Below, one piece after another: positions 59,292 to 64,000 of a stretch of DNA of 64,000 nucleotides. The DNA is from Tagaea sp. Its GTDB lineage: Bacteria > Pseudomonadota > Alphaproteobacteria > CACIAM-22H2. The first letter of the stretch is position 1. The number at the start of each line of letters is the position of its first letter. The stretch spans positions 288,001 to 352,000 of the forward strand of contig CBDIIB010000004.1 of assembly GCA_965279525.1 (NCBI GenBank). Direction: 5' to 3'. Under the pieces are notes generated by a model. That model worked only from the letters and a program-made list of their open reading frames with translations, made no database searches and was not told the origin of the DNA. A program made the translations under genes and the position numbers.

Positions 59292-60674
59292 ATGGTTTGG
59301 CGCGTGGCGATCGTCGGCCGCCCGAACGTGGGCAAGTCGACACTGTTCAACCGTCTTATCGGGCGCAAGCGCGCGCTCGTCGACGACACGCCGGGCGTGA
59401 CGCGCGACCGGCGCGAGGGCGTCGGGCGGCTGGGCGACCTCAATTTCGCCGTCTACGACACCGCCGGGCTGGAAGACGCGCCGCCCAAGACGATGGCCGC
59501 GCGCATGACCAAGCAGAGCCAGCGCGCCGTCGCCGATGCCGACGTGACGCTGTTCGTGGTCGACGCGCGCGAGGGGCTGACGCCGCACGACACCCATTTC
59601 GCCAACTGGCTGCGCAAGACCGGCAAGCCGACCATCGTCGTCGCCAACAAGGCCGAGAACGCGGCGCGCACCGGCTTCGGCGTGGCGGAAGCCGCGGGCC
59701 TCGGTCTTGGCGAGCCCATCGCGGTCTCGGCCGAGCACGGCGAGGGGCTTGCCGACCTGCACGAGGCGCTGAAAGTGTTTGCACCTGCCGACGCGGTCGA
59801 GGATTACGACGCGCCCGAGCCGGAGGAACTTCCCGACGAAGCCGTCGCCAAGCCCGACATCCGCGTGGCCCTCGTCGGGCGGCCCAACGTGGGCAAGTCG
59901 ACGCTGGTCAACAGGCTGCTCGGCGACGAGCGCATGCTGACGAGCCCGGAGCCGGGCACGACGCGCGACTCGATCTCGACGCCGTTCGAGTGGAAATCGC
60001 GCAAGTTCCGCCTGATCGACACGGCGGGCCTGCGGCGCAAGGCGCGCATCGACGACACGCTCGAGAAGATGTCGGTCGGCGACACGATCCGCAACATCCG
60101 CGACGCGCATGTCTGCGTGCTGGTGATCGACGCGACGACGATGCTCGAGAACCAGGATCTGCAGATCGCGCGGCTGGCCGCCGACGAGGGGCGCGCCATC
60201 GTCGTGTGCGCGAACAAGTGGGATCTCATCGACGATCCGCAGGTGGCCTTGCGCAAGCTGCGCGACCGCATGGAAATCTCGATGCCGCAGATCAAGGGCG
60301 TGCTGTTCGTCACGATCTCGGCGCTGCAGGGGCGCAAGCTCGACGAGCTGATGGAAGCGGTCGTCACGATGCACGACCGCTGGAACGCCGACCTGCCGAC
60401 CCCGCAGCTCAACCGCTGGCTCGAAGGCGTCGTCCAGGCCCACCCGCCGCCGATCGTGTCGGGCCGCAGGCCGCGCCCGCGCTTCATGCGCCAGGTCGGC
60501 CAGCGGCCGCCCACGTTCGCGATCTTCGGCAACAAGCTCGTCTCGCTGCCGGATTCCTACGAGCGCTATCTGGTCAATTCGCTGCGCGAGACCTTCGGTC
60601 TCGAAGGGGTCGTCGTGCGCCTGCAGCTGCGGGCGTCGAGCAACCCCTACGACGACAAAAAGAAGAAGCGCTAG
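59292..60674 (+). CDS. der: Ribosome biogenesis GTPase Der
   Basis: Two GRPNVGKS, DTAG, NKAE/NKWD, C-terminal KH-like domain. Confidence 0.97.
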   Translation: MVWRVAIVGRPNVGKSTLFNRLIGRKRALVDDTPGVTRDRREGVGRLGDLNFAVYDTAGLEDAPPKTMAARMTKQSQRAVADADVTLFVVDAREGLTPHDTHFANWLRKTGKPTIVVANKAENAARTGFGVAEAAGLGLGEPIAVSAEHGEGLADLHEALKVFAPADAVEDYDAPEPEELPDEAVAKPDIRVALVGRPNVGKSTLVNRLLGDERMLTSPEPGTTRDSISTPFEWKSRKFRLIDTAGLRRKARIDDTLEKMSVGDTIRNIRDAHVCVLVIDATTMLENQDLQIARLAADEGRAIVVCANKWDLIDDPQVALRKLRDRMEISMPQIKGVLFVTISALQGRKLDELMEAVVTMHDRWNADLPTPQLNRWLEGVVQAHPPPIVSGRRPRPRFMRQVGQRPPTFAIFGNKLVSLPDSYERYLVNSLRETFGLEGVVVRLQLRASSNPYDDKKKKR

Positions 60675-60678
60675 CGGA

Positions 60679-61185
60679 CTAAGTGCGCCCGAGGAAATCG
60701 CGCTTGCCGACCTCGACGCCGTTGTGGCGCAGGATCGTGTAGGCGGTCGTCACGTGGAAATAGAAGTTCGGCAGCGCGTTGTGCAGGAGGTATTCCTGCC
60801 CGGTCATCGTCACCGGCTGGCCGCCGATTGTCAGCGCGATCTCGCGCGTCTCGCTGCCGTCGATCTGGGCTGGCTTGAACGACTTGACGTAGTCGACCGT
60901 CTTGGCGACGCGCGCCTTGAGCGCTTCCATCGTCGTCTCGTTGTCTTCCCACTTGGGAACTTCGAGGCCGGCGAGGCGGGCCATCGGGCCCTTGGCGAAA
61001 TCGGCCGCGATCTGCACCTGGCGGGTGAGCGGGAACATGTCGGGTGCCAGGCGCGAGGCCATCAGCACGGCCGGATCGATTTTCTTGGCGACGGCGAAGG
61101 CCGCGCCCTTGTCGAGGACGTTGGAGAGCGCGCCGAGCATCTTCGTGAAAACGGGGGCGCTGATCTGGTACATCGAGATCGTCAT
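60679..61185 (-). CDS. DUF1993-family protein
   Basis: RLAPDMFPLTRQVQ, PNFYFHVTTAYTILRHNGV..GKRDFLG. Confidence 0.9.
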   Translation of the reverse strand: MTISMYQISAPVFTKMLGALSNVLDKGAAFAVAKKIDPAVLMASRLAPDMFPLTRQVQIAADFAKGPMARLAGLEVPKWEDNETTMEALKARVAKTVDYVKSFKPAQIDGSETREIALTIGGQPVTMTGQEYLLHNALPNFYFHVTTAYTILRHNGVEVGKRDFLGRT

Positions 61186-61244
61186 CGGGTCGTGCTCCGT
61201 GGGTGGCTGCCGGGCCGGTATGGCCCCGCGCAGATATGGGCCGG

Positions 61245-61589
61245 TCAGGGATATTGTACAAGCGACAGAAGGTTACCGTCGGGATCGGCGATCTTCGCCA
61301 CGCGCCCGCCCCAGGGTTCGGTGCGCGGCGGGACCGCGACACGCACGTCGGCGGCGATCAGGGGGGCGAGGGCCGCTTCGAGGCTCGCGACCGTGAAGCC
61401 GAACTCGACGCCCGATGCCGGTGCTTCGCCCTTCGTGAGGATCAGCTTGGCCTGCCCGGTGTCGAAGATGGCAAGGTCGTCGCCCGCGGCGACCAGCGGC
61501 AGCTTCAGCTTGCCGGAATAGAACGCTTTCGCTGCACCGATGTCGCGCACCGAAAGCTGGATCTGTTCGATCGGGCCGAGTGCCGACAT
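61245..61589 (-). CDS. VOC/glyoxalase-family protein
   Basis: VRDIGAAKAFY, EPWGGR..DPDGN. Confidence 0.85.
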   Translation of the reverse strand: MSALGPIEQIQLSVRDIGAAKAFYSGKLKLPLVAAGDDLAIFDTGQAKLILTKGEAPASGVEFGFTVASLEAALAPLIAADVRVAVPPRTEPWGGRVAKIADPDGNLLSLVQYP

Positions 61590-62293
61590 CAGTAGGCCTC
61601 CACGGTTTCGCCGTGCCGCTGGCAGTCGGCGGCGGCGAGGTCGACGAAAGCCCCGGTGACGTTCGCGGGCTGGGGCAGGGCGGCCTGGTCCTCGCCCGGG
61701 AAGGCGGCGGCGCGCATGCGCGTGGCGACGGCGCCGGGCGACAGCAGGTTCACGCGGATGGACGTGGACGCCAGTTCCTGTGCCCAGGTCTTGACCATCA
61801 TCTCGAGCGCGATCTTGCTGGTCGCATAGGCACCCCAATAGGCGCGAAACCTGTGGGCGGCTCCCGACGTGACGAAGATCGCGCGGCCGGAATCCGACAG
61901 CCGCAGGGCCGGCTCCAGCGTGCGCATCAGCCGCCAGTTGGCGTGCACGTTGATCTTGAAGACATCTTCCCAGTCCTTGGCGTCGTGGTGCGTGACGGGG
62001 CCAAGCGTGCCGAGCGCGCCGGCATTTCCGACCAGGATGTCGACCTTGCCGAACCGCTCGTAGAGCGAGGGGCCGAGCTGGTCGAGCTTGTCGAGTTCGG
62101 CCAGATCGACGGGAACCAGCGTCGTCGAGCCGCCGGCCCGCACGATCGCGTCGTCGAGTTCCTCGAGCGCGCCCACCGTGCGCGCGAGTGCCACGACATG
62201 CGCACCCTCGGCGGCGAAGCGTTCGGCGACCGCGCGCCCGATGCCGCGCGAGGCTCCCGTAATCACGGCAATGCGACCTTGCAGGCGCTTCAT
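61589..62293 (-). CDS. SDR oxidoreductase
   Basis: TGASRGIG, YATSK. Confidence 0.92.
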   Translation of the reverse strand: MKRLQGRIAVITGASRGIGRAVAERFAAEGAHVVALARTVGALEELDDAIVRAGGSTTLVPVDLAELDKLDQLGPSLYERFGKVDILVGNAGALGTLGPVTHHDAKDWEDVFKINVHANWRLMRTLEPALRLSDSGRAIFVTSGAAHRFRAYWGAYATSKIALEMMVKTWAQELASTSIRVNLLSPGAVATRMRAAAFPGEDQAALPQPANVTGAFVDLAAADCQRHGETVEAY

Positions 62294-62751
62294 GCGTCCC
62301 TCAGCGTTCTCTGGCGTGGCAAAAACAGGCGCCGCGCGATGCCCGCCGTCGCGGCAGCGATGACCAGACCCAGGATCGCCGCTCCGGCGCCATAGGCGGC
62401 GGCCTCGAGTGTCAGCGGCAGGCTCGGCTCATGCAGGCGCAGGCTTGCCTCGACGACCGGCCAGTCGAAATTCGCGGCGAAGGCGCGAAGGCGGCCGAGT
62501 CCGTTGCCGCCCAGATCGACGACGGCCTGACGCAGTTCGGGGATGACCGCCTCGAACCTCGCGATGCTGGACGTATCCGGCGTGGGCGAGATCCGCATCG
62601 CGGAAAGCTGGCGGTCGAGTTCGAGGGCGCTCTGGTCGAGACGATGGCGATAGGTGCCAAGGAACGCCGGCATTTGCATCCCGGAAATCGCGAACGTCAC
62701 GGCGAAGACCGCATCCCAGAGGCGCCGCAGACCGGCGGCGATCACGTTCAT
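62290..62751 (-). CDS. DUF2937-like membrane protein
   Basis: MQMPAFLGTYRHRL, PSLPLTLEAAAYG; overlaps neighbours by 4 nt. Confidence 0.65.
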   Translation of the reverse strand: MNVIAAGLRRLWDAVFAVTFAISGMQMPAFLGTYRHRLDQSALELDRQLSAMRISPTPDTSSIARFEAVIPELRQAVVDLGGNGLGRLRAFAANFDWPVVEASLRLHEPSLPLTLEAAAYGAGAAILGLVIAAATAGIARRLFLPRQRTLRDA

Positions 62752-64000
62752 GCGATCTCGAGCAGGCTCGCCTGCACGGGGTTGTCGCCGCGTTCCTCGA
62801 TGTCGGTGAGGCGCGTCGGGTATTCGCCCGTGAAGCACGCGTCGCAGAAGCGCGGCGCCTTGGGGTCACGGCCCGGCTCGCCCATCGCCCGGTAAAGCCC
62901 GTCGATCGAGATGAAGGCGAGGCTGTCGACGCCGATGATGCGCGCCATCGCCGCCACGTCGTTCTTGTGGGCGAGGAGCTGGCTGCTTTCGGGCGTGTCG
63001 ATGCCGTAGAAGCAGGAATGCTTCGTCGGCGGCGAGGAGATGCGCATGTGCACCTCGGTCGCACCGGCCTGACGGACCATCTCGACGATCTTCTTCGATG
63101 TGGTGCCGCGCACGATCGAATCGTCGACGAGGATCACGCGCTTGCCCGCGAGCCCGGCCCGGTTGGCGTTGTGCTTGAGCTTCACGCCCAGATGGCGGAT
63201 CTGGTCGGTCGGCTCGATGAACGTGCGGCCGACATAGTGGTTGCGGATGATGCCCAGATCGAACGGGATCCCGGATTCCTGCGCGTAGCCAAGGGCCGCA
63301 GGCACGCCGCTGTCGGGGACGGGTACGACGAGGTCGGCCGGCAGGCCGCTCTCGCGCGAGAGTTCGGCGCCGATGCGCTTGCGCGCCTCGTAGACCGATA
63401 TGCCCTCGGCCACGCTGTCGGGCCTGGCGAAATAGATGTACTCGAACACGCAGAAGCGCTTCACCTCGACGCGGAACGGCTTCATCGACCGGATGCCGGA
63501 GCGGTCGATGACGACCATCTCGCCGGCTTCGAGATCGCGCACGTAGTCCGCGCCGATGATGTCGAGCGCGCAGGTCTCCGACGTGACCACCCAGCTGTCG
63601 TCGAGCTTGCCGAGCACGAGCGGGCGCACGCCGCGCGGGTCGCGCACCGCGATGATCGTGTCCTTGGCGATGCAGGTCAGCGAATAGGCGCCTTCGACCT
63701 GGTTGAGCGCCGCGATCAGGCGCGTGGTCACGTCGCCCTGGGCCTGCGCCATCAGGTGGACGATGACTTCGGTGTCGGTCGTCGACTGGAAGATCGAGCC
63801 GCGCTTGATGAGGCTGCGGCGCAGCGTGTCGGCGTTGGTGAGGTTGCCGTTGTGGCCGAGCGCGAAGCCGCCGAACTCGAACTCGGCGAAGAGCGGCTGG
63901 ATGTTGCGAAGGATCGTGCCGCCGCTGGTGGAGTAGCGCACGTGGCCGATGGCGCTGTCGCCCTTCAGCGCCGCGATGACCTTCTGGTCGCCGAAATTGT
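62748..64000 (-). CDS. purF: Amidophosphoribosyltransferase (5' part outside window)
   Basis: HVRYSTSG, HNGNL, CVFEYIYFARPDS, VDDSIVRGTT, FCDACFTGEYP. Confidence 0.97.
   Translation of the reverse strand, partial: NFGDQKVIAALKGDSAIGHVRYSTSGGTILRNIQPLFAEFEFGGFALGHNGNLTNADTLRRSLIKRGSIFQSTTDTEVIVHLMAQAQGDVTTRLIAALNQVEGAYSLTCIAKDTIIAVRDPRGVRPLVLGKLDDSWVVTSETCALDIIGADYVRDLEAGEMVVIDRSGIRSMKPFRVEVKRFCVFEYIYFARPDSVAEGISVYEARKRIGAELSRESGLPADLVVPVPDSGVPAALGYAQESGIPFDLGIIRNHYVGRTFIEPTDQIRHLGVKLKHNANRAGLAGKRVILVDDSIVRGTTSKKIVEMVRQAGATEVHMRISSPPTKHSCFYGIDTPESSQLLAHKNDVAAMARIIGVDSLAFISIDGLYRAMGEPGRDPKAPRFCDACFTGEYPTRLTDIEERGDNPVQASLLEIA

Noticed and set aside
57888-60674. 928-aa Der with long N-terminal extension
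   Set aside because: Upstream part is an alternate frame of bamB in GC-rich DNA; Der starts at 59292

Overview
High-GC alphaproteobacterial chromosome (Rhodospirillales-like gene order) in two parts. Bases <1-46054 are the right-hand ~46 kb of a visibly less GC-rich heavy-metal genomic island. It ends at the 3' end of a tRNA-Gln(CTG) (46055-46128, minus strand). The island backbone has a Lon-like AAA+ ATPase with unusual Walker motifs, an AT-rich repeat/palindrome region hit by an IS481-family element, and an atypical tyrosine recombinase. Its cargo is mostly metal resistance: two Cu/Ag P1B ATPases, cusBA, CueR plus CopZ, an OmpR/sensor pair, TolC-multicopper oxidase-cupredoxin-CusF-CueO, a MerR-ynfA unit, and a cadA/zntA-dedA-lspA-dsbBA-pcuAC-sco operon with its MerR. 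Bases 46129-64000 are ordinary host genes (ppx, rlmE, guaB, rsmB-like, guaA, csp, yfgM, bamB, der, purF). The most unusual element sits directly behind a CueR-type promoter and copZ: an apparently co-transcribed aapJQMP-metC-pdxA-(pseudo)pdxJ cassette, with a second intact pdxJ elsewhere in the island. This couples amino-acid import, a PLP-dependent C-S lyase and vitamin B6 synthesis to a Cu/Ag/Au sensor, a candidate metal-induced sulfide-precipitation (or Met/B6 supply) system. Several operators and two small proteins that the ORF track misses or truncates can be read directly from the DNA. All functional calls come from motif recognition by eye; no searches were run.
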